Below are positions 38,421 to 52,440 of a DNA stretch of 64,000 bases, piece after piece. The notes below the pieces were generated by a model. The model was given only the letters and a program-made list of their open reading frames with translations. It was not told the origin of the DNA and searched no databases. Position 1 is the stretch's first letter. Each line of letters opens with the position of its first letter. Location of the stretch: assembly GCA_051294375.1 (NCBI GenBank), contig CM119263.1, positions 11,381,894 to 11,445,893 of the forward strand, read 5' to 3'. The position numbers and the translations under genes were made by a program. The DNA is from Paraspadella gotoi (Eukaryota > Animalia > Chaetognatha).

Positions 38421-40298
38421 AGTTTTCTTTGATAGATACCAAAGTAATTTCTCAATTTAAACCAAAACGGATTTGTGAATGAGCTGATTCGATTCTTTGT
38501 GGTCTCATACCTCGTATCCTCGTCGTTGTCCTCGTTTCTCATCAAAATGATGATCAGCGATAGCTTCTTTAATGTCGATTTGATTTGTTTTCGCATCAAT
38601 TAACAGAAAGAGAAATCACTCGACGCGCCGATTTTCACTTCCACTTTTCAGTTCATTCCGTCCAGCGCGACTCTCAGCGAAGACTTCGCATGGAACGAAT
38701 CAAACGTGACAAAGTTGACGTTGACTCGTTTGGGAAACCAAATGACGTAGGGGGCCACGTTCTTTTTCTACCCAACTTGTATGTTCGTGTCTTCCTTTTT
38801 TGGCTTTTATTTCTATCCTTTTCGGTTCATTTTATTCCCATAAAATTTAGATTACAGACCTAACTATACATAAATTAAGATTATTGGAATGCAATTGTGA
38901 TTTAGCGCTCCGAGAGAAAAATAAGAGATTACACCCATCTGACAAGGCAAGGTTTTACAAAATCAAATCGAGTTTAGTTGATATTTGAGAATTATTTTGT
39001 ATAGATTTTAAATATTGCCACGTTAATATTATTATTTTTTCAAAATACTTTTCCCAAATCTTGATTTAATAGTTAAAAAACAATAATTCTTTTATTTTTA
39101 AATTGATAGTGGTAGTATGTAGTCCACTTTCCTTTTTGAGAAATTCTTATCATTTTTTATTTTCGCTCTCTTTCTTTATATTCCCCTAATTTCCCTGTTC
39201 TTTTCCGCCCTCATTACTTCCACCAGTTTTTTCCTTACTTTTTTCGGTTTTCTGCGTAATCCTCCCACCATCAAACCCATTAACCACACTTCCTTTCCCC
39301 TTTTTTTTTAAATCACACCTTTGTTCTCACTCTCTTTTATAATTTCCTCCTTAGGCCCCCAAAGGGAATACTATTTGATTTTCCATTTGATTTCTTTCTT
39401 TCTCTCGCTTCCCTTATTTTTCCCTGTTTCTAATCCAAACGAACAATATTATATCCGTATCTACGGTTACCCCGAATTTTAAATCTTTCCTTTTTAATCG
39501 TCTTTTTCTTTTCTTCTNNNNNNNNNNNNNNNNNNNNNNNNNAAATCAAAAGTATTGCCTTTGGGGCGTAAGGAGGAAATTAGAAAAGAGAGAGAGAAAA
39601 AAAGTGTGATAAAAAAAGGGGACAAGGGAAGTGTGGTTAATGGGTATGGGGAAAATCTTTACTTTACTTCAAGATTTTAAAAAAAATTATAATTGTTTTT
39701 TTCTTTTCGTTGAGTTAAAATGAAATTATTATGTATGTGAGAATTGTAGTTATTTTATTATTTATTAATTAAAGTCAAACCTCAATTTTACCGTCGTTTG
39801 TGTTTGACAAAATCTCAGGCAAATATTTAACTATTCAGGCGTTCCTTCCTTCCTTTGTTCTTTTTATGTCTTCTTCGATAGCTACCAATATTTTCTCAAT
39901 TAACAAAACGGATTTGTGATGACGCTGATTCGATCTTGTGTCTTCACTTCCTGTACTCGTCTTTGTTCGTTCTTAATTATCGCGATAGTTCTTTTATAGT
40001 CGCTACTTGTGTTATTTTTCGCTCAATTAAGTTCAGAAAGATGTAAATCACTCGAGCGTAATCCGAGTTTCCTTCTCACTTTTCAGATTCATCCCGTCAC
40101 CAAGTCGTTCAGCGTCAAGACTCTTCGCGAATACTGTCGCGACCGAATCGAACGTGACAAAGTGACGTGACACGTTTTGGGAAACAAATGACGCCTCGTT
40201 TCTTTTTCTACCCAACTGTATGTTCGTTCGTTTTGTTTTATTTCTCATCCTTTTCGGTTCATTTTATTCCCATAAAATTTTAACTTGCACCTATACAT

Positions 40299-40916
40299 TA
40301 AGGCGTAGTGAAAGTTACATACGAAAAATTCTAAAGTCAATTATGAACAACATACCATCAGTGAACATTAAATTTGTAAAAAATTAATTATTATGTTTTT
40401 TTAATTTTCACAGTAGGCTATATTCATATGTAGTACTAACCTTATAAAAATCGAAAATTTTCAAAATAGGCTTTTTTAATTGATTGCAGATTTGAATCCT
40501 CGTAAAAAGTTGATAAAAAGAAAATATAAGTCAATTTTTTAAAATTCTTTCATTTAAGTGGGTTAAAAATTAAAAAAAAAACTATATTTAATATGGAAAA
40601 AATAATTTTCAGCTTAAAATATAGTTTTTCTCATTTTTGACCCACTTAATGAAGGAATTTTTTTCCAAAAAGAGTTATATATTCTTTTTATCAACTTTTT
40701 TATGACGAATCCAAATCTGCAAAAAAATCTTACAAAAAACTGTTTTGAAATTTTAACATTTATTGGGTTTAGTACTAGTATAAATATGGCCTACTGCGTA
40801 AATTGTAAAATTTATTATAAATTTTTTATTACATAAATGTTCATTATTATAAATGTTGTTCGTTCCTCACTTTAGATTTTAATTAAAGTAAATTTAGAAA
40901 AATTTACTACGCCTTA
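40299..40916 (+). mobile_element. hAT-superfamily (Buster-like TSD) MITE, 618 bp, polymorphic
   Basis: TIR TAAGGCGTAGT...ACTACGCCTTA. 8-bp TSD CTATACAT at 40291-40298 and 40917-40924. Empty site GCACCTATACATAATTAAG seen at ~62469-62487 (reverse strand) and ~38864. Internal inverted symmetry. Confidence 0.9.
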
Positions 40917-42103
40917 CTATACATAATTAAGATTATTGAATCATTGTGATTTAGGCTCCGAGAGAAAAAAGAGATTACAATCTGACAAGGCAAAGGTTTT
41001 AAAAATAAATCGAGTTAGTTGATATTTGAGAATTATTTTGTATAGATTTAAATATTGCCACGTTATATTTATAATTTTTTCAAATATTTTCCAAATCTGG
41101 ATTTAATAGTTAAAACACAATATTCTCTTTTTTAAATTGATAGTGTAGTATGTAGTCCCACTTTCCTTTTGAAAATTTCTTTCATTTTCTTTCACTTTCC
41201 TCTTTTCTTTATTTCCCCTAATTTCCTGTTCTTTTCCCCCTCATTACTTCTCAACCGTTTTTCTTCCTTACTTTTTCGGTTTCTGCGTAACTCCCACCCC
41301 ATACCCATTAACCACACTTCCCTTGTCCCCTTTTTTTAATAACACTTTTTCTCACTCTCTTTTATAATTTCCTCCTTACGCCCCAAAGGCAATACTTTTG
41401 ATTTTCCATTTTGATTTTCTTTCTTTTCTCCTTCCTTATTTTTCCCTGTTTCTATACTCAAACGATCATATTATATCGTTCTCAGTTACCCGAATTTTAA
41501 ATCTTTCCTTTTTATCGTCTTCTTTTTCTTCCCTCCGTCTCCTCTCCCTCTCTCTTTTCTCCCTTCTCTCCTTTTTTCAACCTCCTTCCTTTAATCCTCT
41601 CTCCTATTTCTCTCCGGCTTCTTGCGTTCTCGTCGTCTCGTCCCATTTACTCTACGTCGTCGTCGTCTTCGTCGTCGTGTCGCCATTCGTCGTCGCCAGT
41701 CTCGTCGCCCTCGTCGTCGTTACGGTCGTCGTCCGCGTCGCGTCCGGCACGTCGTTTCCCTCGTCGTCGTCGTCCAGTGACGAAACTGTCATGGCGGTCC
41801 CCATGTACGGAGCATGTCAACAAACGAAATCCTCGAATATCTATTTTCGATTCATTATTTTTTTTTTTCAAATAATTTTCTTCTCTTTCTTCACGCCTTT
41901 TTTGAGGTCAGCTAAACAGTTGAACGACGACCAAGCCGACGACAAAGAAGACGACGACGAGTAGGTTCTGTGCGTTAAACAGTTTTCCTCGGATTATCCG
42001 CATATTTTTTCATGATTCTGCTTTTTGGAAGGTAAAACAAATTGCGTGAAAATTTTCTTACTTCTTTATAAATTGTGAAAAAAGATCTGTCTGTCTCTCT
42101 TTC

Positions 42104-42182
<79 letters not shown>

Positions 42183-42275
42183 ATTTTCTTTCTTTCTTTT
42201 CTTTCACTTTTTCACTTTATCTTCCTCTCTCTTTCTCTCTCTACATCTCTCAGTGAATTAAACTTGCTCAATCTT

Positions 42276-42359
<84 letters not shown>

Positions 42360-43606
42360 TCTTCTCTCTCGGGATGTCACAAAATATGACATCAACTCCG
42401 CCAAATCGCTTTCCTCGCATCAAATTTCTAACCCTTCTCTCCCGCGAGTAAAGTTTTATGGTTCCGGAGGTTACACCTTCTCCTCGCTGCGAGTGGAAGG
42501 GAAATTGGCAATGCTTTACCTTCAGCGACTCACCTCCTCTTAAACACCTCAAAATTGCATGAAGGCAAAAACTGCGCTGGGAAAAGGAATGAGGTAGTCG
42601 AGGAGGAAAAAGGGAGGAAAGGGGAGGAAAGGAGAGGAAAAGGGAGGAAAGGGGATAGGAGGGAATGAGGAGAAAGGGGAGGAAAGGGGAAAAAGGAAGA
42701 AAGCAAAGAAGAAAAAAGTGAGGAAACTCGATGGGAAGGGCGGGAAAAGTGGAAAAAGGTGGAAAAATAAAGATTGAAATAAATGGAGGAAAGGAGGAAG
42801 AGGATCAAAAAAAAAGGTCCGCCGTGGAAGGGTCGAAAGCAATCATGAATCGCTTCTCAAGATGCTGTGCGGTTCTTTATCTTCGATTCAGCTAACGTGC
42901 AAAAGGTCATACAGGGTTTCTCCTAACGACGATGAAAAGGTCATCACAGGTTTCTCCTATAACGACGAATGACTCTCCCTCTTTTCCGATTTCTATCCCG
43001 AAACATTTTCTTGTTTTCACGGGACCGACAAACGCTGAGTGAGTTTGCGAACCCGTATAAAAGTGGGGCGCCGTCTTTGGGAGTGCTTCGCCAGGAGATC
43101 CAGCAGATACGAAAGCACGATGGAAATTGGTTGCGGTGGAGATGGAAAAGAAAGGGCGAAAGATGGGAAAGTGGGACGATTCTTAATCATCATCAGTGAT
43201 TGATAAGGATTATAGAGGCTAAGGAGGATGTAAGTAAAGAAAAGAAGAGAGATAAAAACACGAAAGAAAAGAGTAAGAAAGTAAGAAAGAAAGATGCAAA
43301 ATCTCCAGAGACTAAGAAGGGAAAAACCATTAAAGGAGGAGACGGCCCGGTAAGAATTGGGAAAAAGGTTTCCATTTATTTTTAAACCAGCAAGCCTGCA
43401 CCCAAAATCGCGGACGCTTTGATTACTAAAGCAAATGGAATAAAAAAAAAAAAAAAACAAAACGAGCAAAACTCGCCTCGGAAAAAATAACATTTATTTC
43501 TTTCCTGATTTCACCGGAAAAAGTCCTCACTCCTCTGATTTGAAGATCCGCATATTCCACAAAAATTTTCTTTCCTTTTTTTTTTTGGTCTTCTTCTTTC
43601 GCTTTC

Positions 43607-46600
43607 TACGTCTTCCCATCGTTCGAAGTTGGGATTGTTTGAAGGCGATAAACTCGGTTCCGTGCGTTGGGAAGGCGTTGGCGCCGCTAATTTTTTGTTT
43701 GTTTTAACGACCGGACGCCGTTTCGTCGGTGGGCGTGGCCGTCGTCTTTCGAAGTCTCCGGCGCTTTCTGCGTTTTTCCTTCGGAACCGCTTCCATCTTA
43801 GTCCGCTGTTTTTTCCGCCCTCGTCTTCCGTCTTTGTTTCGATGTTTCCGTCCGAGGGCGACCGCTTGCCGTCGACGTCGCTGTTGGGAAATTGAATAAA
43901 AAAACACGATCTTATAATCAATTATTGCAATGAAAGATGGAGTGTGTCTATTTAAATATTAACATACGTTTTTTTTTTATAAATAAAACTCTTCTCTCTC
44001 TCTCCCTATATCTGCATCTTCTCTCTTCTTCTCATTGTCTGAACGACTTTTTTTTATTCACTCATGTATCTTTAAGAACCCAAAAAAAAAAGCCATTAAG
44101 AGTTTTTTTAGATAGGGCAATCACCGTGACTTCACAATACCGTCTTCATAGTCAGTCCGGATAAAGACGACTGGTCTTAACAACGCTTTTCTTTTTGAGT
44201 AAACATGACTGACGTTTATTGGTGTGTTGCGGGCCGAAGACCGCGGCTCGGCAATCGATAAAATAATCTCTCAGCACGACACGGTTGGAGAGGAGGCGTG
44301 TCCCGACAGCCTGACACCCCCTCCCCTACTTTTCTCCGGGGTCGGTGAATAACAATGAGTGGACGTGAACTCGCTTGGCCTCCTCCTCACACGAAATTAT
44401 TCGCGCATTCACGAGAAAGAAAGAAAGAAGAAACATTGATTCTTTTGTCTCCCGCCGACGAAAGCGTCTCGCGTAATCGACTTCAATAAACCGAATCATA
44501 AAGATAATGATTAGCTCGTCGACGTTTCCGCATCTGAGGCGTCCGTGCCGTAAGTTTGGGGCGAGGAGGAGGGGAGAAGGTAAGGTAAGGTGAGAAAAAT
44601 TGAGGTAAGTTCATGGTTAAGTTCTTTGTTAGGCGAAGGGAAAATAGACAGAAAAAAAAAAGAATTTCCTTACATTTCGGACTGTTGCGGGAAACCGTCG
44701 AGTTTTGTCACGACCCAGTTCCTTATCTATCAGTATTCATCAAGTAATATCATCAATTGCCGTATATTTGTTTATATATCACTGATGCTTAGAATAAATT
44801 GGTAAAGGACGATTTTCTTACCGAGCAATTGACGACTTGATTGTGGCCAGGATGCATTAAGTAGGAAGTAAACCCACCTGCGCCCGCTCGTAAACGACCG
44901 TGACGCCGTCGTTGAAGCGACTACGCCGGTTTCCGGAGTCGATCGTCCGCATGCATGACGCGCCGGACGCGCTCGGCGATTGCCGCCCGGAAACCAACAT
45001 CCCGTGTCCATTCGCGTTCGGATGTTTAGAAAAAAGTGCCATCTCATCCCCGCCGCAGCGGTTTCGCTCGCGGGCGCGCGGAAGTTGTTCAGGAATATTA
45101 GGAATGATGTGATGAGAGCAGAAACAAAGTTGCAACTCTAACATTTGTTTTAAATGATTTTGAAGCGAAATGGTATTTAATCTCATTCTCTTGTCAAAGA
45201 TAGTGGCGAGATAGCCTATTTAAATACATTTAGACAAATAAATAAAGCGAAAAAAAAAAATATTCCTCGCGGGGGGATACCATTTCCAATTCTTTTTTTT
45301 TCTTCGTTCAAAACAAAAGACGTTATTTACCTTCGAACAAAAAACAAGACGCACGTGACACAAAGAGGACGACGACGAAGCCGACGAACGACAAAGAGGG
45401 CGATCATGGCGGCGCCACTTTCGGCGCGAACGCAGAGCGACGCCCCCATTCGTCGCTGCCGTCGTCGCAGGTTGCTCCATCCGGTCGCAGGTGCAGGGAG
45501 CTTGAACGAGGGGGGGGGAGTTGAGACAGCGGGGCGAGTAAAAGTAAGGACGGGCTTTGAAAGAACGAACGAATATCTTTTGCCGTTCGAAAGAGAAACT
45601 GAGGGCAAAAATAACGAAGGACGCTGTATTCAGCGTTCTATACCAGTCGCGTGGCTTGTTTCTTCATCTTTTCTTCCCTTCTTTTCCTTCTCCTTTTCTT
45701 GCTTCCCTCGTGCTTTCTTTTTATCCGCTTGCTTCCCTCCCGCTTTCTTTTCTCCTTCTGCTTCCCGCCTCTTTCTCATTCGAACTGTTGAAAACGCGGA
45801 TTTAGACGCCAAACCTTTTCTCGTAACCACTTTTAAGGCTCTTTTAAACCTTACTTTGCAACTTAATGTCAATAGACCGAGAGACAGACATTACAGCGGA
45901 CATACTTTCTTATAACAGAGTCGGGTTCCGCGCGACGTTGCATAGGGGCGTGGGACGGGAGAAAAGAATTGAGTCAAGGAAAGTTATGAGTTGGAAGAAA
46001 GGAAATTAGCGAAACCGAGAGCAGCAAGCGTGAGAGGCTACGTTTGAATATTTGCGAAGCTGGGTCAGAGGTGAAGCGGGGCGAGATGAAAAATGAGAAA
46101 TGGCGGGAAAAAAATGATCTGACCAGAAACCTTCATCAAAATTTCTTTCGGGGGGTGCGCAAAAAAAATAATTTTTTTTTTTCCTTCTCCCCCCCTATTT
46201 TTTTTTTGGTTGGGCGCTTGAAAGAATCTTCAATGAGAATACTTCCTCTCCGCGGTTGAAGTAAGAAAAAATTATAAGAAAAAACTCGGAGTGATCGTGA
46301 AACAAATGAGAGCGTGGTTTTATTACTAGTTTTCATTCAATGATCTGAAAAAATAGATTTGGTGGAGTGACCGAAACTAATAAATTATAAAATTTACATA
46401 ACGACTATGCACTGTAGATTCTCACGTGCGGACACGAGGTAATGACTTCTTTTTCAGTCGGTTGTTTTCAGTGATCTTTTCGTCTTTTTCAATTTTCGTC
46501 ACTTCTCCACTTTTCTATGCCATCTCGTTCCCAAAAGAGATAGCTTTTTCTCCTTACGAAAAGTCGCTTCAATTTCCGACGCTTATCTACCTTCCTTTTT

Positions 46601-48487
46601 CCTTTCTCTCTTTTCTCGCTTCACTCTGGTATTTCTTTCCCCTGCCGATAAAATCATTCTACATCCATTTAGATCAGGGCCATATTTTTTCAACCCTCCG
46701 CCAGTCCCCATCTACAGATCTGGTCAAAAAAAGATAATAGTATGATTAAAAAATTTTATTTTATTATTTGAAAAGAAAAACCATACTTTTTATTGACTCA
46801 ATTAATTAATACATTATCAGACCACCATTTTCCTTCTAGCCACCGCTTCTGTGATGAGGGAAAGAGTCATAGAGCTGCGCAAATATGAAGGGTTCAGCTC
46901 TCGCTAAATGCGTTTTATAATTTTATAAATTTTTTTTTACTGTTGAACAAAACTGGGAATAATTTATCTCTTTCTTAATCTTTATTTTTTAATAGGTTTG
47001 AGGCAAGCCTTACGGTTTTGAATTGCAAGACTGAACATTCAGAGCTGCCTACTTCTAACAGCTCGCTGCAAGGTTCTAGTTGCTTCAAATTTGTTGACAA
47101 CTCTGCGGATGACTTTAAGAGAATAAATGCAACTGTTTGGCGATCCTATATCTTACAAACCCACCTTCCAAAGCTTACAGTTACAGCTTTCTTTTTAAGG
47201 CTTAGCTGTTTTGAAGATTTCATAGTTTTAAACTTTTGACCAGAATCTGTATTTTTTTTTCTTTAAATTTTTATTTTTTCTTGTTTTTTTCCATTGTTTC
47301 GTTTTTCTTTTTCTTTTTACCCGCCTTTCCTTGCTCACTTCCACCGAATCCGCCCACTGTCGATGGAATATTTTTGTATTGTCGCAAAGAAATTGTCCCC
47401 CATTGGCTCTCGTTATCGCATTTTAGAACTTTTCCTTCACCGCCGTGTAAACGATCGTGAACCCGCCACTATTGACGTGACCACTGGCGTCTGCTGAATT
47501 CACTGTGAGGGCGTCGCCGGAGGCTGGCGATGCGTTGGACACACCTTGCCAGAGGCCGCCGCGCGTGTCAGAATGGCGGCGGAAGAGTTTGGCGCGTCCG
47601 TAAACGTCGATGTTGATCGAATTTATCGGGGAGTTTGAAAAAAATTGAAAGTGATAAGGAGGGAAGATGATGATGAGGAGAAGAGGAAGAGGAAGAGAAG
47701 AGGGAGGATTCTTCCTCGATCCCTTATCAACGATTTGATCGTCACGTCGCAAGTTTCGCCTCCCTCGAAAGTAAGGCCGTCGTCGGACAGCTCCAGCAAG
47801 GCGGCCTTCGCCTCCGCCGTCCGAACCCAACTTTCAAGACGCGTTCGGACTTGGCAAAAAGCAGGAGTTGCAGAAGAAGGATTCGTCGATAGGCTGGAGT
47901 GTTAGAGGTGTTGTAGGTTGGGATGTTAGGAGAAAAAGACGGAGGGGGTTGACGTTGGAAGGAGAAGGACGTCGACGAATTTGAAGACGGCGTGGATGAC
48001 GACACGTTGAGCGTCTCTGAAACTCGACGACGATAAGGGCGTGGACGGGACGGAGGTGAAGTTGCCGACGACGACGACGACGATGAGACGATTGCCGGAC
48101 GCCGTCGACGACGATGACGACGACAACGCCGTCGACGACGACGGCGCACGACGAGGTCAGTGAGGTTGACGGTGACGTTTGATTGGAATAGCGACGAAAA
48201 ATGATATCGTCGACGACGACAAAGACGATGATTGAAGAACGAATGCGACGACGACGACGACGATGCCGACGACTACGGACGACACCGACGATGACGGTGA
48301 CGTTGATTGGAAAAAAAGGCGACGAGAATGATATCGCGGACGACGACAAAGACGCATGATAAAACGAAGATTCCATCGAAGGGGAAGTTATTGACGCGGT
48401 CCAGCGAGACACGCCCACAAAGGCGTCAACAAAAGAGTCATTCCAAACGGGCAATTTCAGCCACTTCCGGTGATTACCTGACTTCAT
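43607..48487 (-). pseudogene. Complete contiguous 4-exon copy of the CUB-LDLa receptor gene, frameshifted by scattered indels (probably read errors rather than a true pseudogene)
   Basis: Exon 1 ~47358-48487, exon 2 ~45331-45500, exon 3 ~44878-45087 and exon 4 ~43607-43880, in correct order. Part of a ~39.65-51.3 kb inverted copy bounded by 25-N gaps. Confidence 0.75.
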
Positions 48488-51283
48488 CCTTCGCAAAATC
48501 CGAATTTCAATTAAATCGAAAACCTTTTTCATTAATTCGTCGAGACGTAAGTTCGGCTGAAAACTTCGTTAGACTTTTGAAATCTCATGTTACGCCTTTA
48601 TCGAACTTCAATGATTGAGAGAGAGAGAGAGACGGAGAGGAGAGAGAGAGAAGATGAGAGAGAAGAGAGAGAGAGAGAGAGATGGAGAGAGGATGAGAGA
48701 GAGAGAGAATCATATAATTATCTATTATCAGTATCTGTTTAAGTGGTCTTTTTATCTATCTACCGTCTCAGTGTTCTGTATGAAAACTCTTTTTGTTATC
48801 ACACGGCTTCCGATAATTTCGCGATAATGATATGAAAAAAAGGCCCGAAAGGGCATTACGGTTTTCGCGGGAAAAAGAAGCTACCAATTCTTAACTTTAA
48901 CAAGGCCGAGTATCAAATCGGTTCTTGGTTATTGGCATTTAGCTCTACTTCGCAAGACCGGTGACTTAAATTGTGAACTTGCGAACGAATTCCATCCGCC
49001 CCCCCTTCTTCTCTCTCTCTCCTTTCTCTATCTCTCTTCTGCCTCTTCGCTCTCTTTATCGAGCAGCTTCTGTCAAACGGTTCGCGGGAAACGAGCGTAC
49101 AGAATTCGAGTTATTCGATTTTGCGTTCGAACAGCAACGCGTAGTAGGCAGACTTTTTTTTGTCTGGGACTAAAAAAAAAATGTGTTTTGGTAGAAAGCG
49201 GATCCGGTTTTCCCGGATGAAATTGACATCCTGGCGAACTCATTCGCTCTATTCTAGTTTTTTGGTTCGGTGTTTGGAATAGGGAAGAGAGAGGAGAGAG
49301 AAGATGAGAGAGACGAGAGGAGAGAGAGAGAGAGAGAGAGAGAGAAGAGAGAGCAGAGAGAGAGACAAAGAGAGAGAGAGAGAGAGATTATTTTGTCGAT
49401 TGCATATTCCCTCCTTTTCCTGAACCTCTCATTCGCTCAGCTTTTTTCTCGCAAACAAAATTCACGAATTTACGAATCAATTGACAAAATTTTTATTATA
49501 ATTTTAAAAACTTTAAAAACGTAGTAGGTAATCACAATACTAAACTTTTGCTTCTCAAAAAGAGTAATTTGTTGATCGGTGAGGACGACAACCCAGCGTC
49601 GAGATCTTCGTCGATGTCTTTTGTCTTGTCGAGAATCTTCGTCAATGTCTTTGTCTTTGTCCAGGTCTTTCGTCAATGTCTTCTTTTGTCGAGCTCTTCG
49701 TCGATGTCTTTCTCAGTATCGGCATCATGTCGACGTCGTCGACTTTGTCGTCCGTTGTCACTAGAGGCGCTGTTTCTCCCGCGGTGGAGATTCGGAATTA
49801 ATCGTCGACCGGATTGAGACGGCTGAATAACAGACGTCGGGCGAAAGGTTGAACGCCCTGAATAATGTTAAAGCGCAAAAGGTGAGAGGGGGAAAAGACT
49901 GTATCTCTCGGGAAATGAGAAAACGTGAATCTCGAGGGAATGAGGAGAAGGGGGAGGGATTTAATTTATTCGGTTAATAACGATCATAAGTAAAAAATGT
50001 ATTAAGAGGATTCGATTAGTGTTATTGCCTGGTTTGTTGGTGCGTTTTTTACAGCCGCCATGTTTTGTCGATGTGTCCACGTGAGTTTATCCGTCGGTAA
50101 GAAGAGAGGAATGACCGTAGAAACGTCCACCACGACTTTACAAAATCCATTGAGAAAATTTTCAAATTAAAAGAATGCGCTTCGTCGTCCCCGTAAAATA
50201 TCAGGCTCGTGCTCAACTGACATCGTTTCGATAATTTTTCTTTCTCCATCGCAATTTTTTTTTTGGAATTTGAAACGAGGCGCGTCACAACTGGAACGAA
50301 TTTTTAACGCCTCGTTCCGGTGATTTATGGGAGTTGAAAAACATCGCGCGCGTGACGGTCAAAAAAAAAAAAAAAAAGTAAGCCGCTGAATTGAAAAATG
50401 AGTGATGACTGCTCCGTCCGCTCGTTCGGCGCGCGGACGAAGGCGCGGGCTTCATTTGCAATAAACCATCGTCGATGCTTTGTTCTTTCAAACATGTGAG
50501 AAGGAAAGAGAAAGAAGGAAAGGAAGGAGGAAGAAAAGCAGTTACACGCAAGAAAAGGAAGACGGACGGACGAAGACGACGACGACCGCGACGATCTATT
50601 CTAGTCCATCATTGAGTTGACCCTTCACTCAAGGATTTCTCTACCACAGCAACGCACCGTCGCAAATTTCTTTTCTACCTGAGAACTTTTTTTTTTCTTG
50701 ACGTGTTTTTACTCCGTGTAGCTTCAAGCTGCCATAATTCTCTTAACGTTATCCACAAGGTTTTTTTTGTTTAGGTAATGAATTATTGTGGAATCTTTTA
50801 AACAAAATTTTTTAAAAAAGACATTACTTTCGTTCGTTTAGTTATGCATAAACTGAGTTGGTTACAAACATACTCCGGTGCCCTATATCAAATGGCGAAA
50901 TTAACTTACGGGAGTGACTGTTCACCCGAATCTCTACCTCTCTCTCTCTCTTTCTTCTCTCTCTCTCTCTTTCTCTCTCTACTCTCTTTCCCCTCTCTTC
51001 GAACTCGTCAAAACCAGTTTTTTACACGCCGGTTTTAACAACTTGATCACCTATGATTACGTTTTTATTATGATTCATTTCCCAATCTTCTTTTCGATCA
51101 TTCAAACAGACAATTTAACGATAAGTAGGAAAATGATTTTTATGTTTACAATTTTTCTTTAGTTTATTCTCATCGGCGGATTTTCCCTTATTTCTTCGAA
51201 TTCGTGTTTTTCATTCGCTGTTTTAAATTCAGCAAAATTTTTGTTGAAGATCCTCGTATCTCGAATGAACGCGAGGATTGCCT

Positions 51284-51296
51284 ATCTCTCTCTTTT
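51284..51296 (+). other. Probable PacBio SMRTbell adapter remnant
   Basis: ATCTCTCTCTTTT matches the first 13 nt of the SMRTbell adapter and sits immediately before a 25-N gap. It replaces the TTGCAAAA expected from the homologous copy at ~18455-18465. Confidence 0.55.
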
Positions 51297-52243
51297 NNNN
51301 NNNNNNNNNNNNNNNNNNNNNACCAAACGTGAGATGTTAACACCACAAAATTCATATACAAAAAAGATCTTAGACCAAATTTTACATCCAAGACCAATTA
51401 ATACGAAAGAATAATTTCCTAATGTCTCTAGATGTTATTTAAACGAAACCAAAAGATAGTTATAACGTCAAATTTGAAATGTCCGAAAAAAATAAAGTGG
51501 AGTTTTAAAAAAAGTAACATACAAAGTTAATATCTAAAAAAAGAACAAAAGAGAAAGAAAATTTCTCTACTGAAATTTGTGATTCACACACAAAAGCTCA
51601 AAGCTTTAAATAACAGCAATTATTTAATTGCTTTAAATGTGCTAGGGAAATTTATGTAGGCATTCTAAGAAAATCTAGCGCCGAATCTAACCGAAAATAA
51701 TTATAAACGATTTCCACACATTAGGTTTTAAACGCAGCTGTAATAAATTTTGATACAACCGGATTGCCTTGAAATTAGATAATCGAAAGCTTCGATTTTC
51801 AACGAAGATCCTCGTGGAAATTGCTCGGGACTGAAATTTTTAAATCCTGATTCCTTCTTCGAGAGAATCCAAGAATCCAAGAATCCAAGAATTCAAGAAA
51901 TTTTTAAATCCTGATTCCTTCTTCAAGAGAATCCAAGACAGAAGAGTTTCCACAGTCGCCATCGACGTCAAGCTTCGCAGAGTTCACGCACTGGGAAAAA
52001 AAGAATTTGAATTCTTTAAAAGTCATCTCATTCACTGTGATTAGTATAAGGATTAATTGTATTTCACTAAGTATTTCACTTTGTATTTTACTATGTATTT
52101 CACGATATTTTTTGACAAATAATTTGACTTAGGTCATCATCAGTGGTAAAAGATTTAAAAGGNNNNNNNNNNCATTTAAAACCAATGTAGAGTTGCAACT
52201 TTGATTTCTGCTCTCATCACATCATTCCCTATATTCCCTGAAG

Positions 52244-52440
52244 CAACTTCCGCCGCGCCCGCGAGCGAAACCCTGCGGCGGGGATGAGATGGACTTTTTC
52301 TAACATCCGCAACCGGATGGACACGGAGATGTTGGTTCCGGGCGGCATCGCCGAGCGCGTCGGCGTCATCAATGCCGGACGATCGACTCCGGAAACCGGC
52401 GTTGCTTCAAGCGGCGTCACGGGTTACGACGCGGGCGCAG
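52244..52440 (+). CDS. CUB-LDLa receptor exon 3 (juxtamembrane cytoplasmic), cleanest copy
   Basis: Acceptor ctgaAG 52242-52243, donor GTGGGT 52441. Phase 2 in, phase 1 out: SNFRRARERNPAAGMRWTFSNIRNRMDTEMLVPGGIAERVGVINAGRSTPETGVASSGVTGYDAGA. Confidence 0.72.

Noticed and set aside
40298-40916. TTAA-flanked piggyBac/Kolobok interpretation of the MITE
   Set aside because: The empty allele shows that the duplicated target is the 8-mer CTATACAT, and the right end is not followed by TTAA.
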